From Patescibacteria group bacterium (GTDB lineage Bacteria; Patescibacteriota; Microgenomatia; UBA10105; UBA927), in NCBI GenBank assembly GCA_038062895.1, contig JBBTWJ010000014.1, positions 4,036 to 68,035 of the forward strand: a stretch of 64,000 bases of DNA. Reading direction: 5' to 3'. Below are positions 48,582-58,854 of this stretch, piece after piece. The translations under genes and the position numbers were made by a program. The notes beneath the pieces are model-generated. The model worked only from the letters and a program-made list of their open reading frames with translations, ran no database searches and was not told the origin of the DNA. The stretch's first letter is position 1; each line of letters begins with the position of its first letter.

Positions 48582-49025
48582 TTATATAGTATTTTTCTTT
48601 CCAACCTTCACCTGTGCTACCCGGATGATCTTTCCGTGGAGCATATATCCGGGAAGCAATTCTTGGACAACCACGTTATCTTCCCCATCAACGACTTCAA
48701 TGCACTCCATGCTGCCGGGATCAAACAGCGCTCCTGCGACCATAAACTTCACCACTCCCTGCGACGCAAAAAATGCATCTAATTCCTTTAGGACTAAGGC
48801 TAACCCGCTGTCCTCTAGATGTTTCTGGGCCCGCTCCAGTGTGTCCACCACCGGCAATAACCTGGTTATCACGGACTGAGCGGCATATCCCCTGATTTCT
48901 GCTTTTTCTAGCCCGGACCGTTTTTCTAAATTCTGATAATCCGCCAGCGCCCGCAGATATTTACTTTTCCATTCCTCTGCTTGCTTCTGCAACTCAACAA
49001 ATTGTTCATCTGTTTTCTTTGTCAT
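48582..49025 (-). CDS. grpE: nucleotide exchange factor GrpE
   Basis: YLRALADYQN, LLPVVD.LERA, GY....IIRVAQVKV. Confidence 0.93.
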   Translation of the reverse strand: MTKKTDEQFVELQKQAEEWKSKYLRALADYQNLEKRSGLEKAEIRGYAAQSVITRLLPVVDTLERAQKHLEDSGLALVLKELDAFFASQGVVKFMVAGALFDPGSMECIEVVDGEDNVVVQELLPGYMLHGKIIRVAQVKVGKKNTI

Positions 49026-49033
49026 ATTTGGAC

Positions 49034-49765
49034 TCACCAACTGGCGGCAAATTCATCAATCAGTCCGCCCAAATAATGAACAACAGGGATGATGCTCGGA
49101 TAGTTTAACCTTGATGGGCCCACTACGCCAATCGCCCCGGACACATGCGGCGTCGTAAACTTCGTATAGATGAAGCCACACTGGGACAAATTTTTTCCTC
49201 CTAGTTCATCGCCCAATAGTATCGCCGATACATCATCGTGGGACTCTAGAAGCTTCCACCAATAGTCAAATTCATCCAACGTTCCCAATAAATCATGCGT
49301 CAGATCATAATCAAAAAACTCCGGACTATCCAGGATATGAGCAGTACCTGCATAATAGAGGTCGCCATCTTTTGTCGCAGTAATCGCGAGTGATTTTGTA
49401 CGATCAGCGAGCGCTTTCGTTGCTTCCCGCAATAGCTTATCTATCTCTTGACGGTAGTCCCAGATCTTATCTTTTACCGCGACCTCTTCGGCGACAGACA
49501 TATCCTTGGTTTTCATGAGGTGATCGACGTAGTAACGCATGGCCACGGGTGTCGGAGCTCTCCCTGAAGAAGTGTGCTGCTGATGGAGGAGTTTCATATC
49601 CGTGAGCCTCACCATCTCATTTCGGATGGTTGCGGGAGAAACTCCTAAAGAATATTTTTTATCCAACGTCTCGCTACCCACCGGCTCTGCTGTCGCGATA
49701 TATTCCTCGATGATAGCGTTAAGGATTTGAATTTGTCGATCTGAAAGATTTGGTATTTGATCCAT
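49034..49765 (-). CDS. hrcA: heat-inducible repressor HrcA (short form)
   Basis: IIEEYIATAEPVGS, SPATIRNEM, HTSSGRAPT, IGVVGPSRLNY. Confidence 0.93.
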   Translation of the reverse strand: MDQIPNLSDRQIQILNAIIEEYIATAEPVGSETLDKKYSLGVSPATIRNEMVRLTDMKLLHQQHTSSGRAPTPVAMRYYVDHLMKTKDMSVAEEVAVKDKIWDYRQEIDKLLREATKALADRTKSLAITATKDGDLYYAGTAHILDSPEFFDYDLTHDLLGTLDEFDYWWKLLESHDDVSAILLGDELGGKNLSQCGFIYTKFTTPHVSGAIGVVGPSRLNYPSIIPVVHYLGGLIDEFAASW

Positions 49766-49767
49766 GA

Positions 49768-49794
49768 TTAGCACTAATATACCTCGAGTGCTAA
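49768..49794. promoter_or_regulatory. CIRCE element
   Basis: TTAGCACTA-N9-GAGTGCTAA (one mismatch to consensus), 2 nt from the hrcA ATG; minus-strand TTGACA at 49799-49804. Confidence 0.92.
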
Positions 49795-49834
49795 CCCTTG
49801 TCAATACCCTTCTTATTCTTCATAATGATGATGT

Positions 49835-50893
49835 ATGAAAAAACTTCCTCAACTCCTGATCGGACTCCTCCTCCTTGTCGCTATTCCCGTTACGATATTT
49901 CTCGCTGGACAACGGCAGGAAATCAGAAAAAAAGCCGCTCCCGCAACGACCATGGCCATTATCCCGGCATCAATCACTAAAAAAGTGGACGATGTATTCA
50001 CCGTAGAAGTTACCATCGACACCGGCGAAAATCAGATCGTTGCCATCGAACTTCATATCACATTTGACGAAACGAAACTGGAAGCGAAAACCATCACCAA
50101 CGGCTCTTTGTTTCCCAATGTTCTGGCTTCCGGTACTATTGAGCCTGGTGCGGGTTCAATTACCGTCGGGGCGGCAGATGCAAAAGAACCAGTACGGGGG
50201 GTTGGCACTGTGGCTACAATTACATTCCAAGCAAAAGAAAAAACAGACGCTCCTGCCGCCATCAGATTTGCGTCCAACACGTTCGTCGGAGGGTTAAGTG
50301 AAGGAGCAACAAACGTGTTGGTAGGGACGACTCCCTCATCCGTCACCATCGCCAATAGTATTGTCCAAAACACCCTCACTACGACCCCAAGTCCGACACT
50401 AACCATCACACCGAGTAAACCCGCTTCGCAATCGAGTCCATCCGGCGAGGCTACAACAACTCCTACGGCGACGCCTACGACAGCAGTCACGACACAGCTA
50501 TCTATCGTCTCACCGGTGGCAAATGATACTGCCACTACTCATAAACCGACCATACAAGGCAAAGCTGTACCGGGATCAACCATCACGGTCACGGTGTATT
50601 CCACGCCGCAAACGGTAACGCTCACGGCTGACGCAAACGGCAACTGGAGTTTTACCCCCGATGCGCCCCTTGAGGCTGGTCCTCATAATATTGTCGTTTC
50701 CACGACTGACCAAAGCGGTCAAACACAAACTGCTACTGCGGCCTTCGTCGTGGCAGCTTCAGACATACAGATAGGTGGGTCGGAAAGCACAATCCCTGTT
50801 TCCGGGACTATGGAAAATACCTTGTTGCTCATCTTGATAGGTATTGCATTCATACTTATGGGCGTTGTCATTCCCGCGCTTAGTTCCATATGA
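49835..50893 (+). CDS. surface protein: cohesin-like domain, Pro/Thr linker, Ig-like domain, IPVSG-TM tail
   Basis: FTVEV.IDTG.NQI.AIEL.ITFD...L (cohesin-like); ADANGNWSFTP..L..G.H (Big-like). Confidence 0.75.
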   Translation: MKKLPQLLIGLLLLVAIPVTIFLAGQRQEIRKKAAPATTMAIIPASITKKVDDVFTVEVTIDTGENQIVAIELHITFDETKLEAKTITNGSLFPNVLASGTIEPGAGSITVGAADAKEPVRGVGTVATITFQAKEKTDAPAAIRFASNTFVGGLSEGATNVLVGTTPSSVTIANSIVQNTLTTTPSPTLTITPSKPASQSSPSGEATTTPTATPTTAVTTQLSIVSPVANDTATTHKPTIQGKAVPGSTITVTVYSTPQTVTLTADANGNWSFTPDAPLEAGPHNIVVSTTDQSGQTQTATAAFVVAASDIQIGGSESTIPVSGTMENTLLLILIGIAFILMGVVIPALSSI

Positions 50894-52308
50894 AAATCTC
50901 TTTCACGGCTCGGGTCGCAAATAAAACCATGTCCGTCATCTCATTTGTGGCACTTCTCGTCTTTTTGCCACTCCTCCTTTTGGCCGTCTATCAGACGGCA
51001 ACGATCATATCCAGAGCCACGGGTACTCAAGCAAATATCATGGTCGATGTAAGTGTCCAGACCCGCCAAAAAGTCGACCCTACGTTCATGCATGCATTTG
51101 CCCAAGGAGGAGAGGAAACCGACAATTGGTTGACCCCCATACTAAAAGAGGTGACCGCACTCAAGCCGGCACGCATACGTATCGATCATATCTATGATTA
51201 TTACAATATTGTCAACAAAAAAGATAATACACTCTCATTTGATTTTTCCCGGCTCGATCTGATTATCGATGCCATCAGCCAGACCGGCGCGACGCCAGTT
51301 ATCTCCCTATCCTACATGCCGGCAGCAATCGCCAAAGACGGAAAAATCATCAATCCGCCCACCAACTGGGATGACTGGGCACTCGTCGTCCAAAAAACAA
51401 TTGAACACGTGAGCGGGCAATCCCAAAAGAATCTTTCCGGAGTATATTATGAAGTTTGGAATGAGCCGGATCATGAACAATTCGGCGGATGGTCTCTTAG
51501 TGGAGATAAAAATTATCTCACTCTCTACCAGAATGCAGCCAAAGGCGCCTCTGCCGCCACACAAACCCGCCCCTTTTTCTTCGGTGGACCGGCAACCACT
51601 GGTCTTTATAAAAACTGGATCGTAAAACTCGTAGAAAGCGGGGCAAGGCTCGATTTCCTCTCTTGGCATTCATACCTTGACGACCCCATGCGTTTTCGGG
51701 AAGATCAAAACAATCTCATCTCTTGGCTCATACGGTACCCGGAAGCCGTTCTTCTTCCGAAACTCATCACAGAATTCGGATTTACCGGCGCCAAAGATAT
51801 ACGATACGGCAATCAGTTTGCTGCGGCCTATACCGCCGCGGTGTTTCGGCAACTGGCAACGGCAGGTCCCCAAGGACTTTTTACCTTTCAGATCAAAGAC
51901 GGGCCCAATCAGGAAAAAGGAGATGGATGGGGACTTATCACTCATCAGTCACAAGGAAAAACTCTTAAACCTCGCTATTATGTCTTCTCATTCCTTGATC
52001 GTATGGCCGGCACCCAACTGTCTGTGACCGGAGAAGGGACATGGGTAAGTGCTCTTGCTACCCAACAGGGAGAAACTATGCGTATTCTCCTCGTAAATTA
52101 CGACGCAACCGGCAATCATACCGAAACTGTTCCGGTGCGCATTACCAATCTGAACAATGGCACGTATACATACGCCCAACAATATCTTCAGGGATTGCTG
52201 CCCGACGAGGCTAAAACCACAACAGAAATTATTTCAGACGGAACCCTTTCAAAGCAACTCTTCATGCCCGCACAGAGCGTCGTTCTTCTGGAAATCTCCA
52301 AAAAATAA
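50890..52308 (+). CDS. membrane-anchored glycoside hydrolase (GH39-like)
   Basis: YEVWNEPD acid/base motif, LDFLSWHSY, LITEFG nucleophile motif. Confidence 0.8.
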   Translation: MKISFTARVANKTMSVISFVALLVFLPLLLLAVYQTATIISRATGTQANIMVDVSVQTRQKVDPTFMHAFAQGGEETDNWLTPILKEVTALKPARIRIDHIYDYYNIVNKKDNTLSFDFSRLDLIIDAISQTGATPVISLSYMPAAIAKDGKIINPPTNWDDWALVVQKTIEHVSGQSQKNLSGVYYEVWNEPDHEQFGGWSLSGDKNYLTLYQNAAKGASAATQTRPFFFGGPATTGLYKNWIVKLVESGARLDFLSWHSYLDDPMRFREDQNNLISWLIRYPEAVLLPKLITEFGFTGAKDIRYGNQFAAAYTAAVFRQLATAGPQGLFTFQIKDGPNQEKGDGWGLITHQSQGKTLKPRYYVFSFLDRMAGTQLSVTGEGTWVSALATQQGETMRILLVNYDATGNHTETVPVRITNLNNGTYTYAQQYLQGLLPDEAKTTTEIISDGTLSKQLFMPAQSVVLLEISKK

Positions 52309-52312
52309 CCCA

Positions 52313-53968
52313 TTAATCAATCTTATCCTGTACTCCGCCGTTTATCACCTCGCGCGCCGGTTCAAAGAGAACAGCGGGCATCCGACGGACCCGCTTGAGC
52401 ATGGAAAGAAACGAATGCACTTCGCCCACCCCCATCACCCAAGAGAGAAAGATATAAACACCCAGTCCAATAGTCGTGGTCATGCCCGTCAACAGGAGGA
52501 GACCAAACGTGCGCGTCGTATCAAATACCAGTTGATCCAGTATTTTAAGGGGAATATATACCGCCACTCCGGCAATCAGGGCCGCAACCGACATTTTCAT
52601 GAGGGGAACAAAAAACTCTCTGCGTGAAAATGATTCCAGTCGTTTGTCTAATAATACAAACAGAGCCACAGCCTGTGCAATACTTGCAATAGAGGTAGAA
52701 AGACCAAGGGACCAAACCGGCAACCGCAACCACGTGATAAACATAATCGAGAGCAATGCATTGCCCAGGATGCTGCCGACGGCCACGACCACAGGGGTCT
52801 TACTATCATAGAGTGCATAATACGCACGTGCTAAAAGATTAATGGCTGCTTGAGCCCCTAGGGATAGGCTAAACATGGAAAGCGTCATCCCAGTAAGCAC
52901 GGTCGCTTCCCAATCAAACCGTCCGGCACCAAATATAAGCCGCACGATGGGCGTCCGGAGGATAATAAACAAAACGCTCACGGGCAATATAAAAAATAAC
53001 ATCTGATGAAGCGACGTGATAATGGATCTCTTGAATTCATCCTTATCATTATTTGCGGCCGATAGCGAAAGCGATGGAAGTGCCGCCTGAGCGATGGTTA
53101 CCCCAAATAAACCAATGGGCAACTGCTGGAGATGTTGAGCAAAATTAAATATCGTCACCATCCTGGCGCCCAGAAAACTAGCGAGCATAAGATCAACCGT
53201 CGTATCGATCTGTGATGCGGCCAACCCCAACGTTCTGGGGGCCATGAGTTTCATGACATCCCGTACTCCTTTATGATTCAAATCCACGACATACTGATGC
53301 CGGTATCCTAAAGAGATGAGCACTGGTATCTGTATAAGCATAAAGAGCATCGCCCCAATGCCAACGCCTATGACGGGAGCAAACAATCCAAGCGTGGGCG
53401 TAAACACGATAATTCCGAGGATGATGCCTATGTTGTACACAACAGGAGCAAGCGCCGGCACTAAAAAAGACCGAAATGACTGGAGAATACCGGTGAAAAA
53501 ATTTCCCACTAATAATGGTGCAACTTGAAGAACTAAAATAAGCCTGGTAAACTGGGCCATCTGGTTGATTTGCGCTGTCGTAAATCCGGGAGCAAACAAC
53601 CGTGATATATCCGGCGCCCAGATAAACATCGGGATCACCACAAGGGACAAGAGAAAAAGCGACGCGTTAATGATCGTTGATGCCATCCTCCAGGCCTCTT
53701 CCTCTTTTTCTCCCGTTAAATATCGGGTAAATACCGGTATGAAGGAGGTGGTCAAAGCACCCATCACCAGAAGCTCAAAAAGAAAATTCGGGGTGCGAAA
53801 TGCCGCAAAATATACACCCAACTCATCGGTGCTAAAACGGGCAGCAAGCATCCGGTCTCGCAGAAGTCCCAAAAATCGTGAAGTCGCAACCATCGACGCA
53901 AGAATAAGAGCGGCTGACCCAATCGATGTTTGCCGCCGTGTAAATATCTGCCAGAACGTGCGTTTCAT
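52313..53968 (-). CDS. murJ: lipid II flippase MurJ
   Basis: SRFLGLLRDR, AAFRTPN, SFIPVF, LARAYYALYDSKTP. Confidence 0.93.
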   Translation of the reverse strand: MKRTFWQIFTRRQTSIGSAALILASMVATSRFLGLLRDRMLAARFSTDELGVYFAAFRTPNFLFELLVMGALTTSFIPVFTRYLTGEKEEEAWRMASTIINASLFLLSLVVIPMFIWAPDISRLFAPGFTTAQINQMAQFTRLILVLQVAPLLVGNFFTGILQSFRSFLVPALAPVVYNIGIILGIIVFTPTLGLFAPVIGVGIGAMLFMLIQIPVLISLGYRHQYVVDLNHKGVRDVMKLMAPRTLGLAASQIDTTVDLMLASFLGARMVTIFNFAQHLQQLPIGLFGVTIAQAALPSLSLSAANNDKDEFKRSIITSLHQMLFFILPVSVLFIILRTPIVRLIFGAGRFDWEATVLTGMTLSMFSLSLGAQAAINLLARAYYALYDSKTPVVVAVGSILGNALLSIMFITWLRLPVWSLGLSTSIASIAQAVALFVLLDKRLESFSRREFFVPLMKMSVAALIAGVAVYIPLKILDQLVFDTTRTFGLLLLTGMTTTIGLGVYIFLSWVMGVGEVHSFLSMLKRVRRMPAVLFEPAREVINGGVQDKID

Positions 53969-54030
53969 CTCCACTATTATAGTGGAACGCTCCTTGACCA
54001 GCTAGAGACCAATACGATATACTCGTGCGT

Positions 54031-54270
54031 ATGCCTATCACCAAACAAGCGATCAAAAAACTCCGACGAGACCGAACACTCGAAACCCACAACGCCAAGG
54101 TCCGCATGAGTCTGCGTGAATCGATCAAATCCGTACGCCGGAATCCGACCGTCAAGGCGCTCTCACTTGCGTTTAAGCATCTGGATAAAGCTGCTAAAAT
54201 TCACGTTGTCCATAAAAATAAAGCCTCACGTCTCAAATCCCGCCTCTCCCATCTTCTCAAATCGAAATAA
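54031..54270 (+). CDS. rpsT: 30S ribosomal protein S20
   Basis: MPITKQAIKKLR..., LDKAAK..VVHKNKASRLKSRL. Confidence 0.93.
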   Translation: MPITKQAIKKLRRDRTLETHNAKVRMSLRESIKSVRRNPTVKALSLAFKHLDKAAKIHVVHKNKASRLKSRLSHLLKSK

Positions 54271-54376
54271 TCCGACCAATCCAGACCAATAAATGAATAA
54301 ATGGGCAAATGATTGAATCATTCAGTAATTTTATTATTCATTGGTCGGATTGGGTTATTGGTAAATTGGTCGGATT
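54269..54376. repeat. imperfect inverted repeat (AATCCGACCAAT/ATTGGTCGGATT) downstream of rpsT
   Basis: Read directly; the right arm occurs twice. Confidence 0.6.
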
Positions 54377-54393
54377 CGCCTTATACTAGGCAT

Positions 54394-54942
54394 ATGCCTG
54401 CCAAATCCATCGCTATCAATCTACTAGGTCAAGAGGACCTCAAGCATACCCCTCAAGGCCGGCTAATCGGTTGGGCGCTAACCTATGGACGGTATATCAT
54501 GATCGGCACGGAAATCGTTGTCCTTCTCGCTTTTATCTCCCGATTTAGTCTGGACCGCAAACTGACGGATCTTAAGGAAGAAATTAACCAAAAGCAAGCT
54601 ATTTTGGAAGCCAATAGCGGTCTTGAGCTTGAAATCAGAAGACTGCAGGATCAATTAGTGAAGACAAAACAAACGATGACCAATCAACAAATTCCACTCA
54701 ATACGCTCACACTCCTTCAGACGCTCTTGCCTACTGATGTCTATGCGGAAAAGCTGGAAGTTGCCTCAGATCGTCTTTCCGTTGATGCGATCGCAGGGAC
54801 GACCCATGGATTTTCCCAATTTCTCACAAATCTTCAAGCGACCAAACAATTTTCCCGTATCGATATCGGGGATATTAAAAAAAACGCGCTTACCGGTATA
54901 GAATTTAAATTCACTGCATTTCTCTCTAATAAATCCAGATGA
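54394..54942 (+). CDS. PilN-like type IV pilus assembly protein
   Basis: INLL motif, TM, coiled coil, LPTDVY ferredoxin-like domain. Confidence 0.7.
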   Translation: MPAKSIAINLLGQEDLKHTPQGRLIGWALTYGRYIMIGTEIVVLLAFISRFSLDRKLTDLKEEINQKQAILEANSGLELEIRRLQDQLVKTKQTMTNQQIPLNTLTLLQTLLPTDVYAEKLEVASDRLSVDAIAGTTHGFSQFLTNLQATKQFSRIDIGDIKKNALTGIEFKFTAFLSNKSR

Positions 54943-54971
54943 AAAACCTTTTACCTTTTTTGACTTTCCCG

Positions 54972-55003
54972 CCTGCAACGCTTTGCGTAGCATTGCGGGC
55001 AGG
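54972..55003. repeat. REP-like hairpin flanked by TTTTGAC heptamers
   Basis: CCTGCAACGCT-TTGCGT-AGCATTGCGGG. Confidence 0.55.
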
Positions 55004-55025
55004 TGACTTTTGACTTTTTTAAAGT

Positions 55026-55697
55026 ATGCCTTTTAATTACAAAACAGAACTCCATCGTTATAAACGATATTATCAATCTATTGGGGAGGTAGCTATCAAA
55101 CCACAGACGCGGGCATATACAACCGCGATATTTTCATTTTTGGCAATCTCTCTTTTTGGATGGTATGCCATCCGACCTACACTCCAAACTATCCTTTTTC
55201 TCCAAAAAGAAATTGACGACAATAAACTCGTCAACATACAGATGGAAGAAAAAATCGGAAAACTCATCGAGGCCCACGCCACATATCAGAGCGTTCAATC
55301 GGACTTGCCGTATCTCGCCCAGGCACTACCTCCCGCTCCGGAGGTACTCACCGCCATTGGACAAATCCGCAATATCGCCATCATCCGGGGTGCATCCATA
55401 TCTGCTATTACCAGTTCAGGCACACCGCTATTATCCAAAGAAGAAAACGCTCCGAATAAAACTACGACCATCAAATCAAGCCGCAAAGTCAAATCCGTCC
55501 CACTCTCCGTCATCGTCGTCGGGACATTCAATTCTCTCCAGGGAATCATAGAGGATATACTCTCCCTGCGCAGAATCGTCACCATAGAAACGTTGAATTT
55601 TACTCCTAATAGAGAATCAGAACAACAGCTATTGTTTGGAAGCATCCCGCTGAAGCTTGTCATGAAAGTAAACGCGCACTATATTGATACTGACTGA
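55026..55697 (+). CDS. PilO-like type IV pilus assembly protein
   Basis: TM, AIRPT, coiled coil, ALP..P, G.F......I..LRRIVTI. Confidence 0.7.
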   Translation: MPFNYKTELHRYKRYYQSIGEVAIKPQTRAYTTAIFSFLAISLFGWYAIRPTLQTILFLQKEIDDNKLVNIQMEEKIGKLIEAHATYQSVQSDLPYLAQALPPAPEVLTAIGQIRNIAIIRGASISAITSSGTPLLSKEENAPNKTTTIKSSRKVKSVPLSVIVVGTFNSLQGIIEDILSLRRIVTIETLNFTPNRESEQQLLFGSIPLKLVMKVNAHYIDTD

Positions 55698-55699
55698 CC

Positions 55700-55836
55700 T
55701 ATGCCAGGTAGTGAAAATTCGACCGCATCGCGAAGCGATGCTGGATGCCTGGCAGACGAAGCAAGTATTGAAACGTATGAATATCGAATAAGTGATTGAG
55801 CATCAATCATTTGTCGAATTTCTACTACCTGGTATG
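55700..55836 (+). mobile_element. MITE-like inverted-repeat element bracketed by TATG (copy 2)
   Basis: TATG-CCAGGTAGTGAAAATTCGAC...GTCGAATTTCTACTACCTGG-TATG. Confidence 0.7.
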
Positions 55837-56028
55837 GATAACGACCGCGACCTACTCTTAGTTTCCGTATTCACATTTTTCACCGTATTGCTATGGATTT
55901 CATTTGAACTTATTAAAACTGCCAAAACGACTACGGTGACCGCACCGGTTGCACAAATTGTCACACCGCTTTCCGCCACCATAGACACGCAGATATTCTC
56001 CGAGCTCAAAACGCGAAAAACATACTAA
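55834..56028 (+). CDS. small single-TM protein after the pilO-like gene
   Basis: MDNDRDLLLVSVFTFFTVLLWISFE...PL...ID......L..R. Confidence 0.6.
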   Translation: MDNDRDLLLVSVFTFFTVLLWISFELIKTAKTTTVTAPVAQIVTPLSATIDTQIFSELKTRKTY

Positions 56029-56083
56029 TATGCATGCGGTTACACTTGCACGAAACGCGCGTACGTATCACAATGGTTAAACC

Positions 56084-57424
56084 ATGATAACTTCTCCATC
56101 GCCCTATCGCCCCTTTCGGATCCCCACCATTCTCGGTCTCCTATTGGTCGTCATACTCGTGAGCACTGTTATCGCGCTATTTGAATGGTATGGGCGAAAA
56201 CCTTCTTCTGCTTCCGAATCCATCGTTCCCGCCGACGTGATCGTATCAAATATTTCCGACACAGGATTTACGATCGTATGGACCACGTCAAACCCAGCAA
56301 CTGGTAACGTCACACTCCTCACACCCAAACACACACCATCGACCTATTTTGATGATCGAGATACGACAGGAAAAATGAAAGCCTACGTCACCCACAGTGT
56401 TACCGTGCGCAGTCTTTCGCCCAGCACTTCCTATACGTTTCGCATCCTCTCAAACGGAAAAAGCTACACGGAAGGCGACAAACCTTATGCAGCGACCACG
56501 GCTACAACGATATCCGGTGGAGGCACGCTCCTTGAACCGGCATATGGCACGATCAACGACGAAGGAGGTCTCCCTGTTGCTGGAGCAGTTATCCTTTTGA
56601 CCATTGAGCAAGGACAGCTATTATCTACCGTCACCTCACCATCCGGCTCGTGGCTTCTGTCTTTGGGATTTGCCCGCAATGCATCACTGACGAAATATCT
56701 CAACGGGGAGGGAAGACTCACCGAAACAATACGGGCGCTCTCCAATAATCAGGAAGCCAGCGCGATCACCGACACGCTCAACGATTCTCCGGTACCGACC
56801 ATGACGTTAGGGAAAACCTATGATTTCCGTAAACAACAGGCCACAGGTGGAAAAAACACCCCGCTTACAGATAACACGAAAGAGACGCCATCAGTACTCG
56901 GAGATACAACAACCACCAAACCCTCCACGGTCAAAATCGTCAGTCTGTCCTCTCCAGCCAAAAATGCAGCGCTGACGAGCGCTTTGCCGCTTATTACGGG
57001 TACCGGTATCCCGGGAAAAACCGTTTCTGTCGTGATGGGTATCACAAACCCCACGAGCGGTACTACTACCGTAGCAAACGACGGCATCTGGCGCTATACT
57101 CCAGCCAAATCTCTTGGCGCAGGGAAGCAAAGTGTCACCATAACGTCTGTTGATGTACGCGGCAAACCCGTTGCCATTACCCATACCTTCACCATTCTCA
57201 AAAGCGGAACCCAGGTGCTTGGCGATGCCACACCGTCAGCGAGTCTCACGCCTACATTTACGCCGGCGCCAACAGCCACCACCGAAGCATCTGCATCAGC
57301 CACACCGACGCCGCAACTTGAAGGCCAACCTGTGCCCACAAGTGGGACCTCCCTACCGACCCTCCTGATACTGGTCATCGGAGCCGGATTTCTCACGAGT
57401 GGACTCATTTTCTTCTTTCTATAA
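56084..57424 (+). CDS. surface protein: FN3-like and Ig-like domains, VPTSG-TM tail
   Basis: VSNISDTGFTIVWTT...H.V.V..LSPSTSY.F.I; DG.W.YTP...L..G. Confidence 0.75.
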   Translation: MITSPSPYRPFRIPTILGLLLVVILVSTVIALFEWYGRKPSSASESIVPADVIVSNISDTGFTIVWTTSNPATGNVTLLTPKHTPSTYFDDRDTTGKMKAYVTHSVTVRSLSPSTSYTFRILSNGKSYTEGDKPYAATTATTISGGGTLLEPAYGTINDEGGLPVAGAVILLTIEQGQLLSTVTSPSGSWLLSLGFARNASLTKYLNGEGRLTETIRALSNNQEASAITDTLNDSPVPTMTLGKTYDFRKQQATGGKNTPLTDNTKETPSVLGDTTTTKPSTVKIVSLSSPAKNAALTSALPLITGTGIPGKTVSVVMGITNPTSGTTTVANDGIWRYTPAKSLGAGKQSVTITSVDVRGKPVAITHTFTILKSGTQVLGDATPSASLTPTFTPAPTATTEASASATPTPQLEGQPVPTSGTSLPTLLILVIGAGFLTSGLIFFFL

Positions 57425-57489
57425 CCCTTGACCAGCCTCTCTTGATATTCTACTGTAGAGATAGGCCATTCTTATTCCACACCGTTTCT

Positions 57490-58716
57490 ATGACAGATCC
57501 GATAACGCAAACCCCAATTGACGATGCGACGCAGCAAATGAGTTCTGCTCCTGCTAATTCATCACCAACCGATTCCACTCCTGATGTATTAGACCTCCCC
57601 TATTCATCACGACAACAAGAACAATTTCCTCAAGATCAGGTACTCATTCCCCCTCCGGTTATCAAAAAAAGCAACAACAAATCTCTTATCGTTGCCGTTC
57701 TTTTATTACTCTTTGCCACCATTCCCCTGACTGTCTCCTTCACCTCTCAACAACGCCAAATCGCTGACATTAGGAACAGAGCAGCGATTGATTGCGGCGC
57801 TTACCCCGTGATCACCTGTCCTGATGGGTCTCAAGCATGCCGCGCGTCTCAATGTCCGGTTTCCGGAGGGGGATGCGGGCCCGGAAGTGCCAGTTGTTGC
57901 GATGGGAAATCTCCGGGAACCGTAACCTGCGGTGGCGCTGTCGGATCGTGTTTTATCAACGGACAAATAGATGGCCACGATGTCTGCGGTTTTCAATTCG
58001 CAGGAGTATGTCCCGCTGGAGCATGTGTGAGAGAAGGATCCGGCGGTGGACCGACGTATTGGCCCGGAAGAAGATGTAACGCAGACGGATCTGGGTATAT
58101 TCAAGGATCTGAAGGAGAATGTAACGCTGGCAATCCTGACGATACTACCTGCGGCTGTGTTTACGGCGATAGACCTGGAGATATTGGACCCATGACATGC
58201 CGGACAAAAACGGTACCGCCAATCATAATATCGCAAAATCCGTCCGTGGCAAACTGCTCTTCAGGAAATGCAACACCAACTTCCACGCCCATTAGCGGCA
58301 ATACTCCTACTCCCACACGCGGTGGCGGAAGTAGTCCAACTCCCACTCCCGGCGGTGGAGGAACTCCCACGCCTACGCTGCCTCCCGGCGTTTCTCCAAC
58401 TTCCACGCCCACTCCTATCCCCGGTAGTACATGCGAGCTGATTAAAGTTTACAACTCCTCCGGCACCGATATCACCGCAAGCCTCAAAGACGGCAGCAAG
58501 AAGCTGGGGATCGGCGAAGAAGTCACCATAGCAACCACAAAAGGAAGTGCAACCAAAGCCCGCTTCCGTATCCAAGGCATTGCAGACTGGGCAGAAAATG
58601 ATCCGTCCAAGACAACGACCACGGAATACCGGTTAACCATACGGATTCCATCAGCCCTCACGCAAACACAAGGAACATTTGAGGTAGAAGTGTTTGTCAA
58701 TGGTGTATGGAAATAA
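57490..58716 (+). CDS. membrane-anchored Cys/Gly-rich surface protein with Pro/Thr linker and shared C-terminal domain
   Basis: TM followed by IRNRAA, Cys-rich region, TPTP linker; C-terminus identical to that of 60396-61529. Confidence 0.75.
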   Translation: MTDPITQTPIDDATQQMSSAPANSSPTDSTPDVLDLPYSSRQQEQFPQDQVLIPPPVIKKSNNKSLIVAVLLLLFATIPLTVSFTSQQRQIADIRNRAAIDCGAYPVITCPDGSQACRASQCPVSGGGCGPGSASCCDGKSPGTVTCGGAVGSCFINGQIDGHDVCGFQFAGVCPAGACVREGSGGGPTYWPGRRCNADGSGYIQGSEGECNAGNPDDTTCGCVYGDRPGDIGPMTCRTKTVPPIIISQNPSVANCSSGNATPTSTPISGNTPTPTRGGGSSPTPTPGGGGTPTPTLPPGVSPTSTPTPIPGSTCELIKVYNSSGTDITASLKDGSKKLGIGEEVTIATTKGSATKARFRIQGIADWAENDPSKTTTTEYRLTIRIPSALTQTQGTFEVEVFVNGVWK

Positions 58717-58719
58717 ACG

Positions 58720-58854
58720 TATGCCAGGTAGTGAAAATTCGACCGCATCGCAAAGCGATGCTCACTGCCTGATGCATGATGAGTAATCTGGTAGAACATC
58801 GATGTGATCGATAAAATTATCTGATCTCTTGTCGAATTTCTACTACCTGGTATG
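58720..58854 (+). mobile_element. MITE-like inverted-repeat element bracketed by TATG (copy 3)
   Basis: Same termini as copy 2, different interior. Confidence 0.7.
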